DNA of 64,000 bases from Spirochaetia bacterium (GTDB lineage: Bacteria > Spirochaetota > Spirochaetia > DSM-27196 > Salinispiraceae), in assembly GCA_038204425.1 (NCBI GenBank), contig JBBRCZ010000006.1:64001-128000 (forward strand), read 5' to 3'. This document shows, in pieces, positions 9,884 to 19,437 of the stretch. The translations under genes were made by a program, and so were the position numbers. The notes beneath the pieces were generated by a model that did no database searches, was not told where the DNA came from, and saw only the letters and a list, made by a program, of their open reading frames with translations. Positions within the stretch are counted from its first letter, which is position 1. Each line of letters opens with the position of its first letter.

Positions 9884-11173
9884 TTATTCGGCTCGAAGCG
9901 CTTCGCATGGTATAATATTGCGGGCATAACGAGAAGGCAACCAAGCCCCCAGCACGATTGAAGAGGAAACCAAGAGTGCGTCAAAGAGCCAGGTTTCAAA
10001 ATATATATTCCAAGATAGCTTTCCCCTATAGAGAAATATATCAAAGCCCGACAAGTGACTTAGGTCTATATTCTGAACAAGCAAAAGACCCAAAAACCCC
10101 AGCAAAGTGCCGCCGACGATGCCAATACTACTGAGTAAAAAGGCTTCGATCAAAAAAAGGTTACTGATTCTTTGGCGTTTCATACCCAAGGCGCGCATCG
10201 TGCCAATTTCCTTTACACGCTCCCTAACAATGATACGATAGGTGTTTAGCACACCAATAGTGATGATACCAAACATTAGAGCGAGGAAAAACCAGGTCAC
10301 CAGTTCAATTGCTTCAAATAATGAGCGCAGCTGATAGAGGTGGTCTTCAACACTTAAGACTGCATAGCGCCATCCGTCCCAGACTTGACTAAGCTGGTTC
10401 ATATAGTGGTTTCTGTCCTTGCCATAGTCAAAGGTTTTTAGTCCAGACAAGGAAAGGGCTTGACTTATTTTTAAGGTATTGGCCCTGATATCACGTGTTT
10501 CCTCGAGATAGATGCCCAAATTGTTGTAGTCTTCCTCGGGCAGACGTATTAACTCATTGAGGGCTGAACGATCCATATAGACCGTATAGGCGCTAAAAAT
10601 ACTGGCATCTCTAAAAATGCCTGCTACGACTAAATTTATGGTGTTGATAGGCCCAGCAACCATCGGAGCTTGCAAAATTACATCATCGCCAAGCCTAAGG
10701 TCTAAGTTTTTTGCGGTCTGACTAGACACCAATATGCCCGTCTTACTGAAAACGTTTTGTGGACCTCCAGCAAGGTAGCTTAAGTCGTTGAGCACCGGGC
10801 TTGCGGCGCTCCAGTCAAGCCCGATGATCCGACGCAAAGGTCGACGCTCGCCATTAAAGAACAAGAACCCAGTGTCATAAACATGAGTCCGGCGGACAAT
10901 TGCCCGTATTTGGTCAATGCCCGATTGGGCAATTGCAGTCCTAATAAGCGCCTCATCTTTGACGAGATCCAAGTTGTTGGTATTTGACCGCCCATGTACA
11001 AGTATGTGGCCGCCATAATAACGGCTGCCACCATCGTTAAGATTTTTTGCAAGCCCCGCTACCAACGCTTGGGCAATAGTAACAATCGCAAAACCAAATA
11101 TGGCCGCTAATACGAGCAAAACGTAGCGCCGCTTCTGTCTGTTGAGATTACGTCCTGCTAGCCAAAAAATCAT
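9884..11173 (-). CDS. ABC permease, FtsX/MacB/LolE type
   Basis: LAGRNLNRQKRR + TM, large periplasmic domain, ERVKEIGTMRALG, three C-terminal TMs, ends EALRAE. Confidence 0.9.
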   Translation of the reverse strand: MIFWLAGRNLNRQKRRYVLLVLAAIFGFAIVTIAQALVAGLAKNLNDGGSRYYGGHILVHGRSNTNNLDLVKDEALIRTAIAQSGIDQIRAIVRRTHVYDTGFLFFNGERRPLRRIIGLDWSAASPVLNDLSYLAGGPQNVFSKTGILVSSQTAKNLDLRLGDDVILQAPMVAGPINTINLVVAGIFRDASIFSAYTVYMDRSALNELIRLPEEDYNNLGIYLEETRDIRANTLKISQALSLSGLKTFDYGKDRNHYMNQLSQVWDGWRYAVLSVEDHLYQLRSLFEAIELVTWFFLALMFGIITIGVLNTYRIIVRERVKEIGTMRALGMKRQRISNLFLIEAFLLSSIGIVGGTLLGFLGLLLVQNIDLSHLSGFDIFLYRGKLSWNIYFETWLFDALLVSSSIVLGAWLPSRYARNIIPCEALRAE

Positions 11174-11176
11174 AAG

Positions 11177-12685
11177 CTATGACTCCTGTCTAATGGCATT
11201 GAGAGGTGAGATTTTTAGCGCCTTTTGTAAAGGAACTATCCAAGAAATCAGGCCAATGGCCAAAGACAGCGCCACGCTCAATAAGAGACTGTCCAGCTCA
11301 AGAACAGGGCGCAGACTGCGGCTACCAAACAAGTTGATGAGTAGCGCATTCTCTAAGGCAATTCCGTTGCTGTTGAGGACCATGACGGCGATGCTGCCAA
11401 GCACTATACCAGCTATTCCGGCGACAAAGCATAAAAACATGATCTCTGCGCCAAGTAAGACTTTAACAAAGCTTTTACGCGCGCCCAAGGCCCTTATTGT
11501 CCCGATTTCTTTTGTCCGTTCAAAAATTGAAATAAGTAGAGCATTGGAAAGAATAAAAGTAATTACAACAGCTAAAATTATCAAACCCACATTGAAAATC
11601 ATCTTGAGCGCAAGAATGTAGCTTGCGGTTGCGCCGGCCGCCGACTTCCAGTCGCCAATCGTCACCGCTAGTCCGCGTTTGCCTAACAGCTCAGCAATTG
11701 TTAGTCGCGCTTCTGCTGGAGATACCCCGTCTTTAATCTTTATTAGAATAAAATGCCATTGGTCAGAAGGCAGCGAGGCAGTGTTTTCAAATGGGCTATG
11801 TAGTCGTTGTAGTTGCCTTGCTTCTTCCGCAAGGGCAAGCTCATTGCTCAGGTCTGTCAACAATTGATTACTGCGGTTGTCGTTGATCACTAAGTCGACT
11901 CCTGTATCCATAAACAGGTCGTCGAGCGATTGGGTGAGCATAGTATTGCTTTCCGCGGGCACTGTCGTTTGGGTTTCAACTGTAGCTATGCCGAGCAGAT
12001 CCCTGAGGGTATGAGCACCAACCCATACGGTTTTTAAAAGGGCTTCATTGTCCAAGTGGTGGCGGACGATTGCGGCTAATTTGCCTGTTCGTATACTAAA
12101 GCTGGAATTGCTGTAGTAGTTTAGACTTATTTCTTCGCCAATTACTAAGGTTCGGCCTAGGTCCTTTTCTATCTGCAAGGCTCTTTGTTCTGGTATAACT
12201 ATCCAGTTTGCCGCGTTGTTTACTAGGGAACCTCGGATTAAGTCAAACTGGTTAAACGTATCAAAGTATTGTTTCCCATCCACGCCAAACGCAATACTCT
12301 TCAATCGCAAGCCACCAACACCAAAAACAATCGGGCTGGATATCATTTGAACGATTGAACTGGAAAGCTTGGTTTCAAGCACTGCGTTGTACACTTTTTC
12401 GGGAGACTCAAGGTATGGAAGTCGAGCCAGTTCACCAATTACCGGCAGGTCAATACCAAAAAGGCTGCTGGGTTCTTCTGAATTGGCAGCAATTACTAGG
12501 TCGCCCGTAAAATTATTGATAAATGAGGCTTGCAATCCGGCATTAGAGGTGTCGATAATTGCATTACCAAGTACCAAAAAACTTATACCTATGGCAATTA
12601 GTGCGCCAAGGGTCAAGTTGCGGCCTTTGTTGCGGCTCAGATTGCGAATAGATAGTGAGAATGCCAGCCTGAGTGAGAAGGTCAT
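11177..12685 (-). CDS. ABC permease, FtsX/MacB/LolE type
   Basis: SIRNLSRNKGRN + TM, ERTKEIGTIRALG, ISPLNAIR; likely start ATG 12685 (ORF track extends to 12748). Confidence 0.9.
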   Translation of the reverse strand: MTFSLRLAFSLSIRNLSRNKGRNLTLGALIAIGISFLVLGNAIIDTSNAGLQASFINNFTGDLVIAANSEEPSSLFGIDLPVIGELARLPYLESPEKVYNAVLETKLSSSIVQMISSPIVFGVGGLRLKSIAFGVDGKQYFDTFNQFDLIRGSLVNNAANWIVIPEQRALQIEKDLGRTLVIGEEISLNYYSNSSFSIRTGKLAAIVRHHLDNEALLKTVWVGAHTLRDLLGIATVETQTTVPAESNTMLTQSLDDLFMDTGVDLVINDNRSNQLLTDLSNELALAEEARQLQRLHSPFENTASLPSDQWHFILIKIKDGVSPAEARLTIAELLGKRGLAVTIGDWKSAAGATASYILALKMIFNVGLIILAVVITFILSNALLISIFERTKEIGTIRALGARKSFVKVLLGAEIMFLCFVAGIAGIVLGSIAVMVLNSNGIALENALLINLFGSRSLRPVLELDSLLLSVALSLAIGLISWIVPLQKALKISPLNAIRQES

Positions 12686-12760
12686 ATATGCTATGATTGT
12701 AGCACGGCTCTTTATCATGTTACTATAGAAAATAAAGGCAGTGAGCAAGGAGATTAGGCA

Positions 12761-13837
12761 ATGCCGGTTGTTTATTCGGTAGTTTTGGCGGGGTTCATCA
12801 ACCTGCTACTCATACCTTTAGTGCTGTACGTTTCACATAAACGGGCTTGGTTCGATCAGCCCGATGAGCGAAAGATTCACAGTCACCAGATACCGCGTTT
12901 GGGTGGCATAGGTATTTTTTGGTCATTTATAATTGCCTTGGCGATAGGTGGCGTAATCTTTCTTGGAAGCGAAGAAACACTCAATGTCGTAAGGTTGTAC
13001 TGGCCTGCTGTTATAGCCGCTTTACTTATCCATCTGACTGGACTCTTTGATGACTTTGCCAATTTGCGCGCTCTTTTTAAATTTCTCGTGCAAATCGCGG
13101 CGGCGGTTCTTGTTGTTAGTTTTGGCTATCGTTTTACAAGCATCTGGTTGCCGTTTTTGGAAGGCCCACTAGAATTGGGTTTTTTTGGCTATCCCTTAAC
13201 AGTTCTCTGGATAGTCGGCGTCATAAACGCTGTCAACCTCATTGATGGCATGGATGGCCTTTGTGCCGGAATAAGCGGCTTTGCAGCCATGGTTATTGGC
13301 ATGATACTTCTCGGAAATGGACAAACAATTCCCGCTTTAATTGCATTTGTACTTGCTGGATCTCTAGCAGGCTATCTATTTTACAATTTTCCACCTGCTA
13401 CTATTTTTATGGGCGATTCGGGCAGTACTTTTTTAGGTTTTATGTTGGCTGTTTTACCACTTCTCGATGTTTCGGGTCGCAATCCGGGAATGTGGTTTTG
13501 GGATGGGGCACTCATAATGGTAATACCTATATTTGACACCATATCTTCGATGATTAGGCGCAAAAAATCGGGCGCTCCGGTTATGGCTCCCGATCAGTGG
13601 CACTTGCACCACAAACTGCTCAAACTTGGTCTGTCAGTAAGGTCTATTCTCAATTTTATCTATCCAACCATGATAGTAATTGGAACTTCGGTAGTTTCGG
13701 TGCTCTTTGTTTCGCCAATGCTGCACTGGATAATTGTCATTGCCACATTTGCAATGGTGCTTGCCGGTTTTCTTATTTTACATTACCTCAAAGAAAGTAG
13801 GCTATCCAACCATGTTAACATTAGGGAAACCAAGTAG
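12761..13837 (+). CDS. wecA: Undecaprenyl-phosphate GlcNAc-1-phosphate transferase (WecA/TagO, MraY family)
   Basis: DQPDERKIH...IPRLGG, GLFDD, NAVNLIDGMDG, YNFPPATIFMGDSG, HLHHKL; multi-TM; SD AAGGAG. Confidence 0.9.
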   Translation: MPVVYSVVLAGFINLLLIPLVLYVSHKRAWFDQPDERKIHSHQIPRLGGIGIFWSFIIALAIGGVIFLGSEETLNVVRLYWPAVIAALLIHLTGLFDDFANLRALFKFLVQIAAAVLVVSFGYRFTSIWLPFLEGPLELGFFGYPLTVLWIVGVINAVNLIDGMDGLCAGISGFAAMVIGMILLGNGQTIPALIAFVLAGSLAGYLFYNFPPATIFMGDSGSTFLGFMLAVLPLLDVSGRNPGMWFWDGALIMVIPIFDTISSMIRRKKSGAPVMAPDQWHLHHKLLKLGLSVRSILNFIYPTMIVIGTSVVSVLFVSPMLHWIIVIATFAMVLAGFLILHYLKESRLSNHVNIRETK

Positions 13838-15689
13838 AACTAAGGTTGGTGCACCCAGACTTCGTTGGATGTTTCTTTGTCTTATGGCGGTATCGACATT
13901 GTCCGCGGCCAACAGTCAAATCAGCGGCCAAGCTATAGGCCAAGCTATGCTTACCGTTGACGACACTACGGTTGCGGCTATTGAAGAACTTGCAACCATT
14001 CGTGGCCTAGTTAGAGCTTTGCCTGTAAAGCCATGGAGCGTCGCACAGGCTCTTGGCATCCTCGAGGGCTTGGAGAAACCGCAAGGTTTGGATTCGGTAT
14101 TGGCCGGCGCATTTGGCTGGAGCTCTGCCTTGAGTCGTTCCGAACGGCAGCTAATAGAGACGCTACGAGCTGATCTCAATAAATCTATGCTGTTATCTGA
14201 GTCGAGTTTTGACTTTGATGTCTCGTTAGGCATCGCACCGGAACTCTATCTGAAGTCTAGACCAAGTACCTCAATAGACGGAAACGCGTGGGAATACGGC
14301 TATGAAGAACGGTGGCCCTTGATCTGGCTAGATTTGTATGGAGCCTGGGGTGGAGAAAAAGATCTTGAGTCTAGTTTTTATGGTATCTGGGGTGGTGGAA
14401 CTGTTGATATCCGCGAGGACCACAATACGCTTAAGCTTGATCTAAGTGACGGTAGACCAGCCAATTTTAGCAATTTTCCAGAAGACGCAAGTTATATTGA
14501 TTTTCAATTTCCTCATCGCAGCCTTGTGGCCAGCGGTGGAAAAAACTGGCTTTTCTCGCTAGGTCGCGACAAGCTCAATTTTGGCAATGGCAAACAGGGA
14601 AATTTGGGCATTTCAGACCATGCTGACTTTTATGATTATGGACGATTGCAGCTTTACTCTAAGCCGCTTTCCTACACCTCACTCTGGCTTGGCCTTGACC
14701 CAAGCGTATATGGTCTAGAAAATCTAATGCCTGCTAATTATCTAGCCCTTAATTTGGAGGAGGCTAAAAATGCGTTTATCCACAGAATTGACCTCAACTT
14801 TTGGGATACTCTTCATGTTGGCATAGTGGAAGGTGTGATGGTAGGTGGCGTTCAACCATCTCTGAAGTACCTCAACCCTTTTATTATATTTCATAATCTT
14901 TTTCCCTGGTTGGATGATCCAGACATAACCAGTGCGTCTAGCCTCTCAGGCTTTGAGTTTACGCTTACGCCGGTACGCGGCCTTAGACTGTGGTATCAAT
15001 ACTATCAGAATCAAGTTCAAACTGAATTTGAAAAAGCAGTCTATGGTGACTCCGCCGCTGCGCTTCCTGATGCCAACGCACAGTTGGCCGGTGTCGAGTT
15101 TTCCTGGGCTATTGGCGCATTTGACCAAGACTATCTAGAGGGTGACTTGTTGGCGGCTAAAGGCCCATATATTTTTAACCTTGGTATAGAATGGGCAATG
15201 ACCAATCCTTGGATGTACATCAGAGAAAATGCGCTCAACTCTTGGTTTTGGCGCCGCCGTCTCCCCAGCAATGTGGCAGGTGGTGACCTGTTTAAAGACA
15301 AGGTTATCGGTTGGCACTTGGGTCCTGATAGCACAAGCCTTGCGGCCTGGATTCAGATTTCTCGTTACAGACTAGGCGCAGTCAAGCTCGACTTTGAATA
15401 TCGCGCCCAAGGTGAGAATACTATCTATACACCCTATCAAACTGGCCCAGCTGCAGTGTCACTAGTTTCACCAAGTGGGATTCCGATTGAAACCTATCTC
15501 TTTGGCTTATCTGGCAACCTAGATGTTTACAAGCCAAGTAAAGAATGGTCCTTTTTGCCCGCGCTTTCAATTCATACCGACTTGCGATATCTTTACACCA
15601 GTAATGCCCAACACCAAGCCGGACTGACCTGGGACGAATGGCAGTGGGTCGTAGGCTTGAGTCTAAACTGGAAGGTTGCTACGCCATGA
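13812..15689 (+). CDS. Exported Wzi-like (capsule assembly) beta-barrel protein, paralogue 1
   Basis: Signal peptide; LPVKPWS, LGRDKLNFGNG, HRID, YLNPF, PWMY; ends in an aromatic beta-strand; start probably ATG 13812. Confidence 0.6.
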   Translation: MLTLGKPSRTKVGAPRLRWMFLCLMAVSTLSAANSQISGQAIGQAMLTVDDTTVAAIEELATIRGLVRALPVKPWSVAQALGILEGLEKPQGLDSVLAGAFGWSSALSRSERQLIETLRADLNKSMLLSESSFDFDVSLGIAPELYLKSRPSTSIDGNAWEYGYEERWPLIWLDLYGAWGGEKDLESSFYGIWGGGTVDIREDHNTLKLDLSDGRPANFSNFPEDASYIDFQFPHRSLVASGGKNWLFSLGRDKLNFGNGKQGNLGISDHADFYDYGRLQLYSKPLSYTSLWLGLDPSVYGLENLMPANYLALNLEEAKNAFIHRIDLNFWDTLHVGIVEGVMVGGVQPSLKYLNPFIIFHNLFPWLDDPDITSASSLSGFEFTLTPVRGLRLWYQYYQNQVQTEFEKAVYGDSAAALPDANAQLAGVEFSWAIGAFDQDYLEGDLLAAKGPYIFNLGIEWAMTNPWMYIRENALNSWFWRRRLPSNVAGGDLFKDKVIGWHLGPDSTSLAAWIQISRYRLGAVKLDFEYRAQGENTIYTPYQTGPAAVSLVSPSGIPIETYLFGLSGNLDVYKPSKEWSFLPALSIHTDLRYLYTSNAQHQAGLTWDEWQWVVGLSLNWKVATP

Positions 15690-17350
15690 AATTTTTTGCC
15701 AAAAGACGCGTCCCATGCTTCGTGGCATTCGTATTATTTTTTGTGAGCACCACAGTCTTTGGGCAGAATTTTGTGGATCCCAATGATGGTGTATATTTTG
15801 ATCTCGAACGCTGGTCTTTGCTGCGCTTAACGGGGCCCTTGCCGTCGCTCAAACCTTACACTATCCAAACTATAGTTGTCGCTTTAGAAAACGTCCTTGC
15901 TAATCCAAATACGCCAACTGAAGATCAGAGACAGGCCCAAAAATACCGAAGCAGAGTTGGTGACGGATTTCATGCAGGACTCGGGTCCGAATTAAGGGCT
16001 TCTAATTCTGGCAGTGACCCTTTTGGTTTTGTCGCCTTTGAAGCAGAGGCCTCTGCTATGATTATTGACGAAATATCGGCCGCCTTGGACATAAAGCTCT
16101 ACGGTCTTAATCGAGATGGAGGCTTGCAGCTGCCACAGTTTAAAGGTTTAAAAGAAGACTACATAGAGGACTGGTCAGATCTTGGTGATGGCATCTTGAT
16201 AAGGCAAATTGCCCATACTTTGGTGGGCATTGGAAAAACTGGCGAGAGCTTTGAGGCTTCGCTAGGGTTTACCAGAAACAGCTTTGGACCATTCTATCAA
16301 AATGGTATAGTCTTGGGACCTCAGGCGCCAGTCGCGGGTCGTTTTTCAATAAACTTGCGCCAGCCTGGCTTTGATTACACCTTTGCTCTGATAGAAATTA
16401 CTGGTCAATACAACGATTTATCCAGTTTGGTGGGCAACAAAAGACTTTTTTTACACGAACTCAACGGTCACATCTCTCCTTGGTTTGAACTTGGCATCTT
16501 TGAAACCGTGGTAACCGGCGGGCAACTTAATGCTTTGTACTTACTACCCTTGGCGGCGTATTTTCAACTTCAGGGTGTTGGTGGATTTGCGGACAACTCA
16601 TTGCTCGGCCTTACAGCAAAACTAAAGCCGACTCCAGGTTTAGACATAAACGCTGTGCTCTACCTCGACGACCTGCACTTTAATGATATTGCACAGTTTG
16701 AATTTGACACCAAGTGGAAAATGGCGTTTCAACTAGGAGCTTCTTTTAGTCCCAGTGATGAGATCGTTAGTCAGGTACTCAAGCGGATAGATTTTGACTA
16801 CACCGCGGTCATGCCCTACATGTATACCCACATCAATAGCCTGGGTAGCGCCGCCGATGCTATCAACTACGAAAACTATACCCACAATGGCCTCAACCTT
16901 GGCCCTGCCTTAGAACCCAACTCGGAACGTTGGAATCTTAACACCAATATGCTGATCTTCACTAACCCCAGTTATGGACGACTTGAGCTCAATATTGGCT
17001 TTGTCTTGGTTCGACACGGAAATGCGAGTGCCGGTATCATTCCAGGTGGGACTGGTGATATTTTTGACGACGGCTATCTCGCAGGTGTACCCACCTTTCA
17101 ACGACCTTTTGTGGATCCCACAGGACAACCCTACACCCGATTCTTGACTCAAGCAGTTTTAGAAACCACGCTGCAATGTCAGCTCGGGCTGGTATATGAA
17201 CTGGGTTCCAGCGATCCAAATGACAGAGCCGCCGGAAGAATTAGGCTTGCGTTTGACTATACTTTTGAGCAGCAGTGGAATACCGACTTTGCCTTAGGTT
17301 CTGATCGCAGTCTACACTATCTTGGGTTTGGCATTTCTTGGCTCTACTAA
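15686..17350 (+). CDS. Exported Wzi-like beta-barrel protein, paralogue 2
   Basis: Signal peptide; LPSLKPYT, GIFETVV, DNSLLG, LYLDD, PYMYTH, LGPALEPNS; ends GISWLY; ATGA overlap with paralogue 1. Confidence 0.65.
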   Translation: MKFFAKRRVPCFVAFVLFFVSTTVFGQNFVDPNDGVYFDLERWSLLRLTGPLPSLKPYTIQTIVVALENVLANPNTPTEDQRQAQKYRSRVGDGFHAGLGSELRASNSGSDPFGFVAFEAEASAMIIDEISAALDIKLYGLNRDGGLQLPQFKGLKEDYIEDWSDLGDGILIRQIAHTLVGIGKTGESFEASLGFTRNSFGPFYQNGIVLGPQAPVAGRFSINLRQPGFDYTFALIEITGQYNDLSSLVGNKRLFLHELNGHISPWFELGIFETVVTGGQLNALYLLPLAAYFQLQGVGGFADNSLLGLTAKLKPTPGLDINAVLYLDDLHFNDIAQFEFDTKWKMAFQLGASFSPSDEIVSQVLKRIDFDYTAVMPYMYTHINSLGSAADAINYENYTHNGLNLGPALEPNSERWNLNTNMLIFTNPSYGRLELNIGFVLVRHGNASAGIIPGGTGDIFDDGYLAGVPTFQRPFVDPTGQPYTRFLTQAVLETTLQCQLGLVYELGSSDPNDRAAGRIRLAFDYTFEQQWNTDFALGSDRSLHYLGFGISWLY

Positions 17351-17470
17351 ACCCAAGATAGTGTGTCCAATAGTAAAATATTTCTAATATTTAGGTTTTT
17401 TTTGCCGAATTTAAAATCACACTACCGTTGTATGTCGTACATATATCGTACGTAAGTCAAAGGGGCAGTT

Positions 17471-17821
17471 ATGCAAAAGCAAAAAATCGACGAAGTAAGT
17501 GCACGTTTACACTATCTAATCAAAGATGGCGTTGTTCCATTGCCAGCTTTTGGTAAAGCTGAAGTATTGTTGCAGCAAGCGCGTTTGATGGTCACAATGC
17601 GCAAGGTTTTAAGGAGCTATCTCGACGCACTAGCGGATGGCGATTATGGACAAGCTAGTGTTAGGCTTGGCATCTTTCGTTATTTGGAAGAAGGTTCTTG
17701 TAAAGAGCAATTTGAGAAATATGGATATCCCGAGCAGGAGACCAGTGCCTGGGATGAGTTAATTTCGGAATATCAAGCAGACAAAGCAACTATCTGTGTT
17801 CACCAAGCTGGAAATAGCTAA
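17471..17821 (+). CDS. Small hypothetical protein
   Basis: 116-aa ORF with purine-rich SD (AAGGGG) filling the gap before pyrF; no recognisable motif. Confidence 0.55.
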   Translation: MQKQKIDEVSARLHYLIKDGVVPLPAFGKAEVLLQQARLMVTMRKVLRSYLDALADGDYGQASVRLGIFRYLEEGSCKEQFEKYGYPEQETSAWDELISEYQADKATICVHQAGNS

Positions 17822-17890
17822 AGGCATACGGTATACTGACCTGATTTTTAGTCTGGTCTTCTTGGCCAAGGCGAATAAGCTGGAGGATTC

Positions 17891-19405
17891 ATGGGTCAGT
17901 TATTTTTTGAGCAACTGCGTCTTCGTGCGCAGGCTATCGATAGCGTATTGTGTGTGGGGCTCGACCCACGGTTGCCTGAGGGTTTAAGTGGCGAAGAGAT
18001 AACTGCCGGAATACTTGACCAGAATGCGCGCTTAATTGATGCCACCAAAGAATTTGCTGTAGCCTACAAGCCCAATATTGCTTTTTACGAATGTCACGGC
18101 GAGCCAGGCATGCTGGCCCTGCGCGCTACTCTTGCACGAATTCCGCAGGAAATCCCGATTATTTTGGATGCCAAACGAGGCGACATCGGTCCTACTGCAG
18201 AAGCCTACGCGCATATGGCCTTTGAAGAAGTAAAAGCAGATGCAGTCACTCTCAGCCCCTATATGGGCTGGGATTCTATTGAGCCCTTCCTTAGACACCA
18301 AGACAAGGGCGTTTTTATCCTCTGCAAAACCTCCAATCCCGGCGCCAATGACTTACAGTTATTGGGCTTGGGAAACAGCGTTGAGTCCCTCTATCAGCGC
18401 GTAGCCGACTTAACCGCCTCATGGGGAGCTCAGTGCGGCTTGGTAGTTGCTGGCAATGATGTTTTTGCGCTGCAAACCATTCGAAAACGTCACGACAAAA
18501 TTTGGTTTTTAGCACCGGGAATTGGCACCCAAGGCGGCACCATTACGGAAGCAGTGCAAGCGGGTTTGGCTTCTGATGGCTGGGGTATCCTGCCAGTAGT
18601 TGCCAGAAGTATTGCGCAGGCCAGCGATCCGCGGCAGGCAGCACTCGACCTTGTTCTTGAGTTTAGGCAAGCGCGCGATGCAGTTATGGCAGAACGTAGT
18701 CAAAACTTATCAGAATCGGACCATCACGACCATGGCACCATCAATTGGGGTGTAGAGGCCCGTGCTGGTCGCGGCCGCAATGAGCCCGCTTATGCAGAAC
18801 TTAAAGACAGAGTTTTGCGCGGTATGATTGCCAACGGGTGTTTTAAAACGGGTGAGTTTAAGCTCAAGTCAGGCGAAATATCGCCGTTCTATGTTGATTT
18901 AAGAAGAATTATGTCAGACCCGCAACTAATGCGTGATGTGGGGCTGGCTTATGCCAGCTTACTTGGACCAGGTAGCGCACTTTCTACAGTCAAATTTGCC
19001 AGGATAGCTGGAATCCCTGTTGCCGCTTTGCCACTTGCCACAGCCACCAGTCTTGCAACAGGAGTCCCGATGATCTTTCCTCGTATGCAAGCCAAAACCC
19101 ACGGAACAGGACTCAACGTAGAAGGTGAGTTTATTCCAGGAGAAGAAACTTTGCTCCTGGACGATTTGATAACCACGGGCAAAAGCAAACTCGAAGCGTT
19201 TGAGATCCTTAAACAAGCAGGATTGTCGGTCCGTCACTTAGCGGTTTTGCTCGAACGCGGTTCGCAAGGACGCCGCGACATGGAAGCCGCTGGAATCACG
19301 CTTCATGCCTTTGCTCATATCTCAGAGTTTTTGCCACTCTGCCAAGATATGGGTCTGATTACCGTTGCAGAACGAAAGCATTTGGAAACCTATGCGCTTG
19401 CCTAG
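17891..19405 (+). CDS. pyrF: Bifunctional OMP decarboxylase (N-term) / orotate phosphoribosyltransferase (C-term)
   Basis: LCVGLDP, YKPNIAFYE, ILDAKRGDIG, KTSNPG, LAPGIGTQGG; then FKLKSGEISPFYVDLR and the PRPP motif LLLDDLITTGKS; SD GGAGG. Confidence 0.93.
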   Translation: MGQLFFEQLRLRAQAIDSVLCVGLDPRLPEGLSGEEITAGILDQNARLIDATKEFAVAYKPNIAFYECHGEPGMLALRATLARIPQEIPIILDAKRGDIGPTAEAYAHMAFEEVKADAVTLSPYMGWDSIEPFLRHQDKGVFILCKTSNPGANDLQLLGLGNSVESLYQRVADLTASWGAQCGLVVAGNDVFALQTIRKRHDKIWFLAPGIGTQGGTITEAVQAGLASDGWGILPVVARSIAQASDPRQAALDLVLEFRQARDAVMAERSQNLSESDHHDHGTINWGVEARAGRGRNEPAYAELKDRVLRGMIANGCFKTGEFKLKSGEISPFYVDLRRIMSDPQLMRDVGLAYASLLGPGSALSTVKFARIAGIPVAALPLATATSLATGVPMIFPRMQAKTHGTGLNVEGEFIPGEETLLLDDLITTGKSKLEAFEILKQAGLSVRHLAVLLERGSQGRRDMEAAGITLHAFAHISEFLPLCQDMGLITVAERKHLETYALA

Positions 19406-19437
19406 AGTTTTAAGTCCAGTACGTGTGGGAGAAAAAA

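Noticed and set aside
17425..17455. GTATGTCGTACATATATCGTACG quasi-palindrome upstream of the 116-aa ORF
   Set aside because: Short and imperfect, with no second copy seen; cannot be distinguished from chance
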